DNA of 64,000 bases from Euprymna scolopes (taxonomy: Eukaryota), in assembly GCA_053919585.1 (NCBI GenBank), contig CM132818.1; one strand, 5' to 3'. Below the pieces are notes generated by a model. That model was not told where the DNA came from, did not search any database, and worked only from the letters and a program-made list of their open reading frames with translations. Both the position numbers and the translations under genes were made by a program. The first letter of the stretch is position 1. Each line of letters starts with the position of its first letter. Below, in pieces: positions 13,647 to 26,620 of this stretch.

Positions 13647-14235
13647 TCTATAATATAAAGCTGAATGTCTCTGTGTGTATCTGGTCACGAATAGGCTCCT
13701 ATATAGTTGACTATTATAGAAAACTAATTACATATAATGATAGATTTATTGAGACACAGGAATGGGTATGTTTGATCTGGCATAATGATGATTCATTAAA
13801 ATTGTGGGGTCTGCGTATGCACCTGGTCCACAAAGTATGGAAATAAAAAATTTAAAAATTAAAAAAAAAACGTTTATGAGTGTTTTTTGATATAGATGTA
13901 CATAATAATACTTTGATAAGTATGTTTTAACTTAAATAGGGATGGTATAATAAAATTGTGGGGTCTGCGTTCATGCCTGGCCTCCATAGAATGGAAATAG
14001 GCACAAACTTTAATAAAGACTTTTCATATCTATCTGCGTAAGTATACTTTGATAATTATGTTTCAGTTTGAAGAAATATGGTATAATAAAATTATGGGGT
14101 GTTCATTCGCGCCTGACCTCCATAGAATGTAAATATGTCACAAAGTTTAACAAGGTTTTTTTAATATAGATCCACAGATATTGTGATAAGTGTTTCAGTG
14201 TGAACAGGTATGGTATAATAAATTATGGAGTTTAT
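13647..14235 (+). mobile_element. Non-autonomous Helitron-like element with internal ~135-155 bp tandem units
   Basis: Starts TCTATAATATAAAGCTGAATGTCTCTGTGTG, typical of non-autonomous Helitron 5' ends; 'taaaatt(g/a)tgg(g/a)gt' recurs at ~13797, 13951, 14087 and 14219. Confidence 0.55.
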
Positions 14236-16139
14236 CTTTACTTTCATCATATTTTGCTTTGGTTTTGATACCCCCAAATTCGAAGCTATATCTTTACAAC
14301 CCTTCCTTTTCATAACCTATCATACTTTCAAAAATCAGAGTCTATTTTCTGTAGGCTGTTTTTGAACCCAGTCCACGATCCATCCTTTCTTGCTTGCTTG
14401 AATCTTGTCTTTGACGATCAGATAATTCTATCTTTTAAGAAAGGGATGACAGGTAGATTTTATTTATATATTTACAATTTTTATACTTACAGACACTAGT
14501 GTTTCATGCTTATGTAAGCATCAGTGTAGGAAGTGATAATTACCACTAGTTGGTAGATTCAAACCCAGTCAATAAAGCCAACTTTGGCTTTGCAACTAGT
14601 GCCTTTTCTCCAGATTAAGATTTAAATGGAAGGAAGTTATGAAACCATAATTATTTGTAGGTGACATAACTTTGTACAGATTGATTGCACTCCCTGGTCT
14701 TATTGGCTAGGAGCAATTCTATTCTGATACTACACTTTATATTTTCTTTCCTTCATTGAAAGAAAAATTGTTCCAGACCGAGGTGATTTTAATTTTCATT
14801 TAAATCCACAGTGCCTCTGGATTTCCCTTAAAAATCAATCTTGTGTCCAACTCTGCTCACATGTTGAAGCAAGTAAATAAGAACTTTGCAGGTACAAATG
14901 TATTTTGCCTATTTTTTCTTTCATAGAAAGACCTCCACCTCATTCTCATCAATGTACCTGTAATATCGTTCCCAGTGGATAAATTGGTATAGAACCAATT
15001 GCATATCCATAAAAGTTTGTTAAAATATCTCATGTTAAAGATGGATGAGAAGATTTTTTATTATATTAAACTAAGAGGGAGAAACTATGTTGCTTCGGAT
15101 TGAATGAAAAATCCTATTTCTACCCATAAAATCCTTTTAATTTTCTAATTTATTTTTCACATATTATTTAATTCTCATGCCAAGCTTAATCGACATAAAT
15201 TTTTGTAAATTTATAGTGTTTAACACCTCCAGATACACCTGGTATTTTCTGGGAATCCATAAATACTCCTGTATATTCTTAACTCTTTAAATTTTTAATG
15301 TTTGTTTCTATAATTTTCAAATTATAAAGAAAATGACAATTTTTAATTTCATTATTTATATTGATGTCAAGGATCTCATAATGTTGTATTTCGTTTGATA
15401 AAGATAAAATATACTTTACCATGTACATTGGGTAATGTACTTTCAGAATATGTGGATGTGGTTATGTGATCTATCCTAAAACCCTATGATTTTGTTCAGA
15501 AATTGATAGGATCAACATTCAATTCTTCTTACACTATTAAATTTTTTGTTTTAATTCTTCAATAAAATGTATGAAATCAGATGTTGATTAAAAAAAAAAT
15601 GGTTGAATGACCTTTCAAAATGAGTAGATATTTTTAAAACAATATTTAATGACCTTGAGAATTTGACAAAAGGTAAATATACAATTAGTTATCAGTGTGA
15701 GAGAAATGCGCAAAAATATGTCATCTTATGTTATTTAGTTTTTGATTGATGCACCTTCCTGTCTTGTCAGATGTATGTTTCATCCAATTAGGTTTTTCTT
15801 TTCTTTTTGTATTAACGTTGTTGCTTATTTGCTCATTGTGTACGATGATGCTTATGATGTAGGGATCATTAGTGAAGAGTATTTATATTTGTATATGGCA
15901 AACAAAACTGCTGATGATTCACTTGAGCCTTCAGCCAAAATATAGTTGCAAATTATATCCTCATCCCCTAAATTTAGATAAGATTCTAATTACATCTTTT
16001 GAATATAATTTGTTTGCAATTTGTCATTTTTTAAATTAAGCAAATTTCTTAAACAATCATGGTTTTCTTATGGATTTAATTAGTTTGAACCAGGAAATTA
16101 CTTTTTTTTTTTTATAGCATTAACAAAATTAACTATTTC

Positions 16140-16665
16140 TTAGTGCCATAGTTGGTGCTAGTCTGGTTGCAAGAGTTAAGAGTGAATGGAGTAAGTACAA
16201 GGAACTATCACTAACCAGTAAAGCCTCACTACTGTTGACCAAAGGAATAGTCTATCAGCCATGTGTATCCAATGTGAGGATGTATGGATGTAGGTGAGGA
16301 TATGCTCCATGGTGACACCTGATATGAGAATGATCTGATGGATGCGTCATGTAAAACTTGACCTCAGGGAGCAGGGAGATTAAATCTGGACACTATACAG
16401 ATATGTGCAGAACAGGAAACTTTATTGATTTGGTCACATTGGAACAATAGATGAGTACCCGGCCTAGCCGTAGAACAATTAAGATAGCAGTCAGTTGGTA
16501 GAGAAAGGTAAAGAAAAACAGGGTAGGAAATGATAAGAATTTGTTTAAAAAAAAAAATAGGAATAAAAACTTGGCTAGAGATAGGTTAGTTTGCAAGTCA
16601 GTTTCTAAAAACTATTTAGCACATGCCAACATGGTAAAACAATCTTAAACCAAATAAGATGATTT
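16140..16665 (+). mobile_element. Degenerate RTE-like LINE 3' fragment
   Basis: Translates to SLVARVKSEWSKYKEL..LLTKGIVYQPCVSNVRMYG (RTE C-terminal signature); ends in 'catgccaacatggtaaaac...gatgat'. Confidence 0.65.
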
Positions 16666-17324
16666 TATTTATATTCTCTCCTGAATTGCTTTTAGGACAA
16701 ATCTTTCTGATTATTGTATTTACAAAACAGGTGTTTGACTTAATTTTTGTTTTTATTTTTATTCTGATTTCTCATATAAAACAAGTATTTAAAAAAAAAA
16801 AAATTCAAAAATAAAGTTAATTTTTGTATTTTGAAATAAAATAACCCATTAATATTTTTTTGACTATATTATTATTAAAAGTTATTAACTGTAAAAGAAT
16901 AGTTTTACTAATTTTATGTAAAAAAAAAAAAATGGAATGACCTCTTTTGATCCTTTTTAGATAACTTCATTGAGATTACATTATCTTTTCATTGAAAGTA
17001 TTATGAAAGTTACATGAAATATCTTGTAGAATCTATTGATGAAAAATATTTTGATTAATTAAATCTGAAAACATTGATTACAACTTATTTCAGATTGTTA
17101 ATTAACCAATGAAATTTACATCCTGTAATTACAAACTATTAAGTTTAAATCTCTTATCCATATTTTATGTGAAATTTAATTATACATAAAATCAAGATCA
17201 GAGGTTTTCAGATATGTCCAAGTATTTCTAAAAAAAATCTGTCGGTTACACAAAGGTTTGAAATAATTTCAAGGTTTGTGGCACTTAGTTTTGAAGTAGT
17301 ATTTTTGTTATATCAAATTTTTGT

Positions 17325-17716
17325 GTTTGAAATAGTTATCTGGTCTGTCATGCTTGGGTTTGAAATGGTATCTTGTCTGTCATGCTTAAGTTTGAAATGA
17401 TATCTGGTCTATTATGGTTATGTTTGAAATCGTATCTGGTCATTTAATCTTAGGTTTAAAATCATATGTGGTCTATTATGCTTAGGTTTGAAATCACATC
17501 TGGTCTATTACGCTTAGGTTTGAAATCATATCTGGTCTATTATGCTTAGGTTTGAAATCATATGTGGTCTATTATGCTTAGGTTTGAAATCATATGTGGT
17601 CTATTATGCTTAGGTTTAAAATCATGTGGTCTATTACGCTTAGGTTTGAAATCATATCTGGTCTATTACGCTTAGGTTTGAAATCATATCTGGTCTGTCA
17701 GGTCTAGGTTTTAAAT
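17325..17716 (+). repeat. 32-bp minisatellite, ~12 copies (TCTGGTCTATTATGCTTAGGTTTGAAATCATA)
   Basis: Head-to-tail units with 32-nt period (e.g. 17531, 17563, 17595), no spacers; more diverged at both edges. Confidence 0.95.
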
Positions 17717-18293
17717 TGCTTTTCACAATACGCAAACTGAATGGTTGTAATATTATGAACAGATTTAAAATGCTGTTTATAAGTTTTTTTATGAATCCAT
17801 TAAATATGAACATTGTCATCTTTATTCTTGCTAGCTGCACATCCCTCTTGGAAAAAGTTGTGTGTCTATTTTAAGAACCACAGCACAGGTTGATAATAGA
17901 ACTAAGCTTTTCATAGCTGTGCTTTTCTCAAGGCCATCATACTGCCATACTTCAGAAAGTGGCCTACATAAACGCTTCAGGGCACACTTTTCTATCTTTT
18001 TTCTTCTTCGCATACAACCGATTATTTTTTTAATTTTTATTCTTCCTACCTGTCAGTTTTGTCTCTTAGCTTTCTAAGATTATATTTCTCAGTCTGAGTT
18101 GAAGTAGACGTTTAACATTCAAGCCATTTACTTAGATTAAATAGAATATCAGATATCGTCAGTTGACATCTTTCATTTCTTTTCAGTTACGTGTACCTAC
18201 ACTGCGATGATTATCATTTCTTACTAGTCATTATTGTATTCGAGGCATTGTCTGTAAAGAATTTCAGAAGAGCAATGCCTACTTAGGCAGCAA

Positions 18294-18491
18294 ATGTTGA
18301 ATCGTTTTGTAGCAGGAAGAATGACGGGTGAAGAACTTGAGGAAGTTCATCTTTTTGGCAAGGAAAATAGTGTTGATATATATCCAGTTTACATACCTGA
18401 GATTAAGGAAGAAGAAAGTAAAAATACGTTCTCTTTGATATCTCGGAATTATGTTTCAGGAATGAAGAAGAGGGTGGCTATTTACTTTGAG
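18294..18491 (+). CDS. Candidate ATG-initiated exon, 66 aa (MLNRFVAGRMTGEELEEVHLFG...KKRVAIYFE), phase-0 donor
   Basis: CAAATG start, purine-rich coding-like composition, strong GAG|GTAAGA donor at 18492; upstream acceptor tttcttttcAG at 18185-18186. Confidence 0.45.
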
Positions 18492-21102
18492 GTAAGAAAA
18501 CTTGATGTCCAATTGAAAAGGAAGACTTGCAGTTCATACATTTGTGTACTAGCTAAGATACCTATACCACGGCAGATTCATAATTATTAGATAATCCAAA
18601 CCTTTAATAAGTGCTGTGGCCTTGCAGGCTGGTAAACACAATGGTATAATTAACAAAAATGTATTAACAAAAGTACACGTCATGATTCTGGAACCATAAC
18701 TGCCACAATGTTTAGATGTAACTGTATTTATTGCCTCTGAGTTAGTCCATTTATTCTTAAGCTGGGTAGGTCAGCTTACTACATAATAATACACAAATTT
18801 ATATATTCTATTGCTTTTGATTTTCGCATAGGCTGGTTTCACGCACACACTCGATGATAATTGTAGTGAAGATGCATTGCTATCTTTTCAATGTTTTTCT
18901 TTTTTACATGAAATTCTGAATTTATCTGCTCTACTCTGCTAGTAAAGAAACTGAATATCTGTTTTAGTATTATGGCTGATAAAAAAAAAAGTCTCTGAAA
19001 GATTAAGAGGTACTATCTGAAGAGACTCATCTGTTTTATGGAAATCGTTTTAGACAAGGCGTGAAGCCACTTGATGTAAGGAGTTAAGGAAAGATGATCA
19101 TCAAAAAACTGGAGATATCTTAGTCTTGAAAAGACTGAAGTAGGAGAAAATTCTCAAATCCGTTGGTGGGGGACAATAGTTATTCTTGAATTCTTTATAG
19201 CAATGGTTTAAATGCAAATTGACATTTTCAGATTTTTTGATGCTAAAACCCAACGCCTTTTGTAAACGGTTTATTGTATACAATTATTTGAACACAAGTT
19301 AGGGAATTATCAGTTCATGCCTTTCCTATTAGTATTAGTGCATAATTAAACACAATAGATTGGAAAAGATTTTAGGTTATTAAAGCCGCTTCTATAGTCC
19401 ATGACAGTACTTGTTGCACCAAACATGCCATCCCAAGATCTGTAGATCAAACAAAATTTCTATGAAGGTAGTTTCTTTCCAAGAATTTCCAATTTGCGTT
19501 ATCATAAGATTGCTTACTTGAGGGCTACAACATGATGCTCTTCAAATTCAAACACTTGTCAAAAACTCTCCTCATTAACTGTTATCTTTAAAGTAGTGAT
19601 TCATCAGAAAAATAAAAACCATTCATACAATTATGTGGTAAAAGAATTGATATCCCAAAAGAAGCCAATAATTTACTTATTTAAAAGTTCAACAAAAAAT
19701 TGTTTTATTGTCACACCAAATTTAAATACAGAAATTTCTATGATGACAGATTCATGTTTATTTGTTAAACAAATTTTAAAGTTATGTTCATTTAAGTCTG
19801 GAACCACAGTTCAAAAGAATTTCTTCAAAATTTTACATAAGCGTTGCTTTGATTATGACTCAACTATGTTCCAAACAAATTATGATATTGTCAAAAAATA
19901 GGTATTTACAAGTGGTGTCAGTTTCTGTTGGTGCACTAGATTCTGTTATGTAGGACTTAGATTTGCACTTTTAATTGCTTTTCATTTATACCAAGGTATC
20001 CCAGCAACCCCCCTCCCGAATACCCAACCCCTTTCCTAGATGCATCCTTACATAATAATGTTAGTAGTAGTAGTGAAAATAATTGAATATTCATATACTT
20101 TATTCAACAAAATTCTATGTTGTCGATCAAATTATCCATCAAAGTAACAACTATAAATCAATTGGGTCAGTTAATGTATTGCTAATACAACAATCAATAA
20201 TCAATAAAAATCAAAATAATAATCACAGGAATCACCGATTAATGTGCAGATTGTTGTTGATGATCAGCAACAACTTTTGGAATATTTGGTTCCATATCTG
20301 ATAGAAAAAGTCTTAGATCATCATGTTTCCTGCATCCATTCGGTTTCTATTCGCAGGATCCATTCACTAGATGAGAAAGACTTTTGGAAAATGTGAATCA
20401 CATCAATCAGATTCACAAAACACTTGAGAAGCTTTGTCAACATTACAGAGGTTTGATTCTTGAATTTTTCCAATTAAAAATAATGATGCAATCAATTTCC
20501 ACATGAATTGTGAATCCCAAAGAAAATGGGTTGAGAAACATCTAGTAATGTTACTAGAAACTCTTTCACTGCTCCGTATAGGATATATTTGGCCATCGCC
20601 CACCTGAAGTCTCATAACACCTCCCCCTCTCCCAGTGGGTGGTATGAACCCCATTGAGAAACTCTGATTTATACAAAGCATCAAAAACTAAGATGACTTC
20701 ATTGCATTCCTGGGCAATGTTGGATACATACAGCTAGTTTTATATAATGGGTTATTTGGCTCACATCAACACATCAAGGTTTTTTGTTTTTTGCGACCTC
20801 TTCACATTCAGGGGAAACGTGTAAGATGATGCCTTTTTTTTTTTTTTTTTTTTTCTTTTTTTTTTTTTTTTGCTATCTCATATTGCTTAGGTTGAATCTT
20901 CAGAACATTTGCATTTTTATTGGGAGCAAAATGAATATCTGGTTTCATGATGAAAGGGTGGGGAGAGCATTGATGTGCATTATGCTTAAATGCACGAAAG
21001 CTATAATATAGTTGATGTACACGCTTTGTGTTTTGGCAAACGTTGATATCTTGCTTGGATGGCTTCTTCCACTGCACCTTTTTCTTAAAATTATACTTAA
21101 TA

Positions 21103-21312
21103 CAGGGTGACCCAAAAAAACGGGACCCAACTCTAATTAGGCCCTGTTTCTTAGTGTTTTGTCCGAATGAAATGAAACTTTGGTCATAACTAGTTTATTA
21201 TATTCAAAACATCACATCAAAACAATAGGGTCTTTGGCCTTTTTTCTCCGTTCTACAGCATATGTTCTAGATGGCCTCCGTTTAGCTTTTGTTTTTTGGG
21301 GGGGTCACCCTG
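21103..21312. mobile_element. Tc1/mariner-type MITE, 210 bp
   Basis: TIR CAGGGTGACCC (21103-21113) / GGGTCACCCTG (21302-21312), TA target duplication on both sides. Confidence 0.85.
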
Positions 21313-21624
21313 TATAATAGCTAAATCATATTACTCCTTAACATTAGTAATTAAAAATTATTCTTTTATGCATTGCATATCAATTGAGTTCATTATATTG
21401 TGAGGTTAAAAGATGCAAAAAAGCCGAACAAGAGATTTGGATTGGCCATGTGCTGTTCATACCAAAATTGGTACAGTTTTAATCAATAGTTTTAGAACCT
21501 ATGAGTATTCAGAACTATTATCTGTATTTTGATAATTGTGACTTCATATGGTATATCAGCTAGTTGCCTCAAGAACTAAGTTTAGTGCAATTCTATTGTC
21601 AGTTTGAATAACATACTATATATA

Positions 21625-21965
21625 ACTCTGATGAACCTAGAGCACTTGTACCCTCCTCAACATAAATAATCCCAATTAACCTGACAAGCAGAAAAATCCC
21701 ACCCTTACACTGTAGAGGTTCCTAGATGCCAGAACGCCTTTTACTCTAATAGTTTCTTCCCTCAAACTGCTAGATTTAATTCATTCCCAGTCTCCTGTTT
21801 CCCTAACTGTACTGACATTCAGAATTCAGGTGTGATATGAACAGAAATCTTGCTGCTCAGCTCCCTACATAGCATCCCTGTAGATGTGGTCCTAAATAGT
21901 AGCCCCTTGTATCCAAGTGGCAATATGTCTTGCTTGATGTTAATAAGAATAATAAAAAACAAAAA
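21625..21965 (+). mobile_element. CR1-like LINE 3' end, same family as 5225-6765 and 41621-42313
   Basis: Colinear similarity (aaatcccaccc..cctagatg..aatagtttcttccc..ctgtactgacat..ctccctacatagc..) ending in an A-rich tail. Confidence 0.85.
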
Positions 21966-22049
21966 ATACCAAACAGGACACTACATTGTTGCATATGGTA
22001 TTCCTAAATGATAAATCATCTAAAATATTCACCCAACTAAACATGACGT

Positions 22050-22330
22050 CACCATTTCATCATTTTGTTTTGTTTTTTACATGCTGACACATGGTGGACA
22101 GCTTTTAGAAATTGATTTCCAAACCAACCTATCTCTGGTTAGGTCTTTATTTATCCTTCTTGTCCATTCTTATCACTTCTGTTCATGTTTTCCTTGGCCT
22201 TCTACTGTTAATTGATCTTGCTACTTCAACTGTTCTACATTTACTAACCCAATCACTCTAATCTATTTTTTTTTCAATGTGACTAAACTAGTGAAGTCTC
22301 CTGTTCTTCACACATCTCCATATACTGTCT
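22050..22330 (-). mobile_element. RTE-like LINE 3' fragment, inverted relative to 16140-16665
   Basis: 22071-22141 is the reverse complement of 16571-16642 (agagataggtt.gtttg.aa.tca.tttctaaaa). Confidence 0.65.
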
Positions 22331-25300
22331 AGATTTATTATTAATTGCTTACTATGAGTTAAAAGTCTGTCTAAATGGTGGCTTCTGAACTAACATTTCC
22401 AGAGGGTTTTTGGATTTTTACTTAAGCATCATAATTAATTATTTTTAATTTTATTTCATCCAGCATCCCAAGTAATTATCATCCAAAATTTTGTCCAATT
22501 TTACTCGCTAGTTTTAAAAACCTATTTTTGTTTAAGTGTAAAATCTACTACAATTATAATGAAAAATCCAGCTAAAAAGAATCTGTTTGTATTGGGAGTT
22601 GTCAGCATTGTAGCAGTCGTTATGAAAGCCAATTTTATAGATTAGATCAAGTTGTGCATAAAAAACCTAATTGTATCTGTGGAATGTATTGATTTATTGA
22701 CATGATTCTGCGTCATGGTAAAGGATTAGAATTGACTTTTTCGTTTCCTTTTCAGTCTTCCTCTTATTTAATAAGGATCAGATTATGACATGAAAACAGC
22801 TTAAAGGAAAATCTTTAATCAGTTAACTGTGAAGGCTTTTATAGTTTGTTGAATGAAAGTTTAAATAGAAATAATTTAATAATTGCTTTATTATTTTTAC
22901 TGTTGCTATCACCCCCACCCCATGCCACATATAATGGAATTATTATGAAGATATTTTTGTTTTCTTACCTAGATAGTTTGTTGCCTGTTGCAAAATATAT
23001 TCACATTAGTGTTGGTAACTTATTTGAAAACAGTAATGGAATTTATATTATCTAACATATATACTTGTTAGATTTTAAAAGTTGGACCTAAATAGCATGT
23101 AAGTTGAATGAAATTTTGCTTATGACTAAGCAATTTTCATGTGCTGTTGTTGTACCATATTACTTTGTGAAAATGTATTTGAAATGACAACTGATAAGAT
23201 GAAACATTTTTGATAATCATCTAAAAATAAAAGTTCATGTTCATAATAAAATAAGTTGTTTTTTTAACATTGGATTAATGCAGATTAGTACAAATTTTCC
23301 TCTGTATTACTTTATCAGAACTTTTTCTTTAACATGGCACTACAAATCTGCAAATTTACTTTTGAAATATACAATATCTGAAGACTTAAATTTTGATGTA
23401 AAAAAAAAAAGTCATGTGACACTTCATAAATGGTGTTTTCAATCGTAAGTATAAATCAAATAATGTGAAGTGGTATAACTTGTATCTTAATCTGAAATAT
23501 AGTTGTATCCCATATTATTAAGATTTTATTTCTTTTTCTGTATAAGTTTAAAAATCTGCAAACAAATTAAAATCTAAAATTATTTTATTACGTTCCAGAC
23601 AGAGGAACTTTGCATTGTCCAAGGGCCAGAATGGCATAAGACAAAAGGGAAATACGTCTAGTGCATTGTTATTTTAAATGGGATTATTTTTAATGCACTT
23701 CATGTTTCTTATAGATTTTACTGCAATTTTTTTAAATCAAGCACTGAGATTAAATAATAATTCGCATTATTAGATTCCTTGCACTCGTAATATTGGCTAG
23801 AACAAGCTTGTGATGTAACAAGTAATCTTGTTACATCACGTCTTTGCAAAATGGAAAAGTCATCTTAAAGAAAAAAGGCCACTCGCTAATATGGTACTTT
23901 AAATATGAGGTTTTAAAAGTTGTCCTTCACAAAAAAAAAATCCAAATTGAAAGCTTCAGTAAATGAACTTTTTTCCTCCTTTTAATTGTTTCCAGCTGTT
24001 TTTACAGTGGAAATTTGATTTTTTTTTTTACTGTGCTATGAATTGAGCAGATTCAGTGTTATGTCTTGAAAAAACATTTATATATATGGTCAGAGTTGCA
24101 CTTCTGTGTCATTTTTGAGAGGTAATGGAATTTTGGTGAATGTTTAGGCTGGCTTGTTCTAATAATTATTGTTTTCATTATAGTTAAACTTTTATATTAA
24201 CAAGATGACATTACATTTGTAAGGACTTTTCATTTGTTCAAAGCCTGTATTTTTAGTTATGTACTGAAAATTGGTTTCTGGAACAATGACAAGTTTTCTA
24301 ATTTTCAAGTAACTTTGATAAGTTAATATATCTAATTGTGCTACTAAAATTAATGTGATACTATTGTGTGTTTTGCAAAGATCTATGTGTCTATGTTAAA
24401 CATTTTTAGAGACAATAAAAATAATATTTTAGTTTTGGATAATGAGTATTACTTGTTCCTCTATTTTTATATTTTAGCAGGAGTTAACAAGACTTACAGG
24501 CCACCTTTTTTTAGCAGGGATTAACAAGACTTGTGGGCCACCGTGTATATTTAACTTGAAAAGCATTGCTGCTATGTGATAAATGGAGTTACATGATGTT
24601 TGATCTGACTTTTAATCTTAGCTGTGTGCACTGTTTCCCTTCTCTGTACAAGAAACTGCTGTGAAAATGATCTATGAAATGATTTTGTGATGAAGATGAA
24701 AGATTTGCAATTAGTTTTTGTTTTATCATTCCTGTCAGCTAACTTGCCTTTTTTGTGAATTTTAATAAAGTATTTTAGATCAAATAACTTCAAACGGTTT
24801 TTTAGTTGCCTACATCTACTTTATTGGCGCTCTCTGCTTTGAATGGAAATTCCCCTCGACTCCAAAAAATTATTACTCTGGCCATGTTACATGATCAAAA
24901 AAAAAAGTTGAGTGTATTAAGAGAATTATTTTTCTCGTAACAGATTTTTTTTTTTTTTTTTTTTTAGATGAGCTGTGGTATTTATTGTCCATATGTTTAT
25001 ATATACAAACCTGATTTGGGCCAGATGGAAGCTTGTTACTAACTAAATAGTTTTTTTACGGTCAAAACCAGGAGAATGGAGCAACTTTTTTCTTTTCTTT
25101 TTTTTTGGGTCCTTGCATAGTAGCTTAACACATAATCATATTAAGTCTTGTATCTCATCACCACCACCTCACTATATAAAGAATCTTGAAAAAATAATAT
25201 ATGTATATACTACTATAATTCTGGATCTTGTTTGTCTTTGTGGATACTATATGACTTCATACACTAAATCAGGAAGAGATCCGTTTTAAATGCTGAAGTA

Positions 25301-25756
25301 ACAAAATGATGACATCATTCATTAAAATAAATGCCCCATGACTCTTCGGTCACAGGTTATCAGTGGACATATATATTAAGTTCCTATGAAGTTGAGCCCT
25401 TTTGAAAAATAATAAATTAGCAGTTCAAAATTAGCCATATTGCAGGGTTCTCTCCCTTATGCCATCGGAATTCTCTTTAGAAGCTGAATACTTTTGTTCA
25501 CATTGAAAGATACAAAACATATTTCTTTCATATTTCCAAGCATGATTGTCAGGCCAAACAGTTATGAAACCAGGATTCAAGTTGTCTGATCAGAGTACAC
25601 TTATGTAATCCCATACTAAAGAGTGTAATAGTAAAACATATGTCTGGATATTAATATATATAAAATAAAAATCTTGATATTGAAAATTTATTCAAATTTT
25701 CAAAAAAAAAGCCTTTATAAATCTGTTAGGAAGGTATACAAAATTTTAATTATTCG

Positions 25757-26620
25757 ACAAGGATCTCGAGCGCGTGGTTCAGTGGGGGAAGACATGGCCG
25801 GTTACCTTTAATGCATCTAAAACCAAACTCCTATCTTTACATCATCAACGCTCTGATCCCCATCTGACATCAATTGAAATGGATGGCTCTCGTCTAGGAG
25901 AAGCCCCATGCTTTGACAAGCTTCTGGGTTTGTCCTTTACTCCTGATCTGAAATGGAACACATACATCAAGTCTGTTGCCAAGGTCGCTGGAAAGATGGT
26001 GGGATCCTTCTACCGCTTCAGAAGATATCTCACTACTGATGCAATTCTCTATCTATATAAAAGCCAAGTACGTCCAAGGATGGAATACTGTTGCCACATC
26101 TGGGCAGGAGCTGCTAAAAACAGCCTATCCTGCTTTGACAGAGTACAAAATAGACTTCGTGGCTTAGTGGGGATGCTCTTTTCTCTACCCTGCAACCTCT
26201 CTCCCACAGAAAAGACGTTGCGAGCCTATCCTTGTTTATCGTTATTTCCATGGCAGGTGCTCATCTGAACTCCAATCTCTGGTCCTCCCTCGCCAATCCT
26301 TCACGAAAAACACCCGTCTAGCTGAATCCACTGTGAAAAATTTCCCCCACTCTTTATCTGTGCCTTAATCAAAACGTAGATTCCATGAACAAAGCTTCTT
26401 TTTTAGAACTGCACGCCTGTGGAACTGTTCCGTCTGCCTGCTTCCCACCTGACTACAACTTGGATGTCTTCAAGTCTAATGTTAACAAATTCCTAATGAA
26501 CCGCTCTCTTAAGTAAACACTTCATTAAATCTCCACACTAACGTACTGTACTTGCAATAACCCTTATCCCTGAGTGGCTTCCGGGCCTTAATAAGTGGTG
26601 ACCCCATGTAAAAAAAAAAA
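25757..26620 (+). mobile_element. 5'-truncated CR1-like LINE (second, younger-looking subfamily) with poly(A) tail
   Basis: ORF 25774-26268 'WGKTWPVTFNASKTK...LYKSQVRPRMEYCCHIWAGA'; CpG-rich; 3'UTR and A-run at 26610-26620. Confidence 0.9.

Noticed and set aside
17325-17716. CRISPR-like array of ~32-bp repeats
   Set aside because: Units are contiguous with no unique spacers, there are no cas genes, and the context is eukaryotic.
19180-20700. Minus-strand ORFs with faint LINE-like peptides (e.g. INQSFSMGFIP)
   Set aside because: Too degraded to delimit or classify; probably old TE debris.
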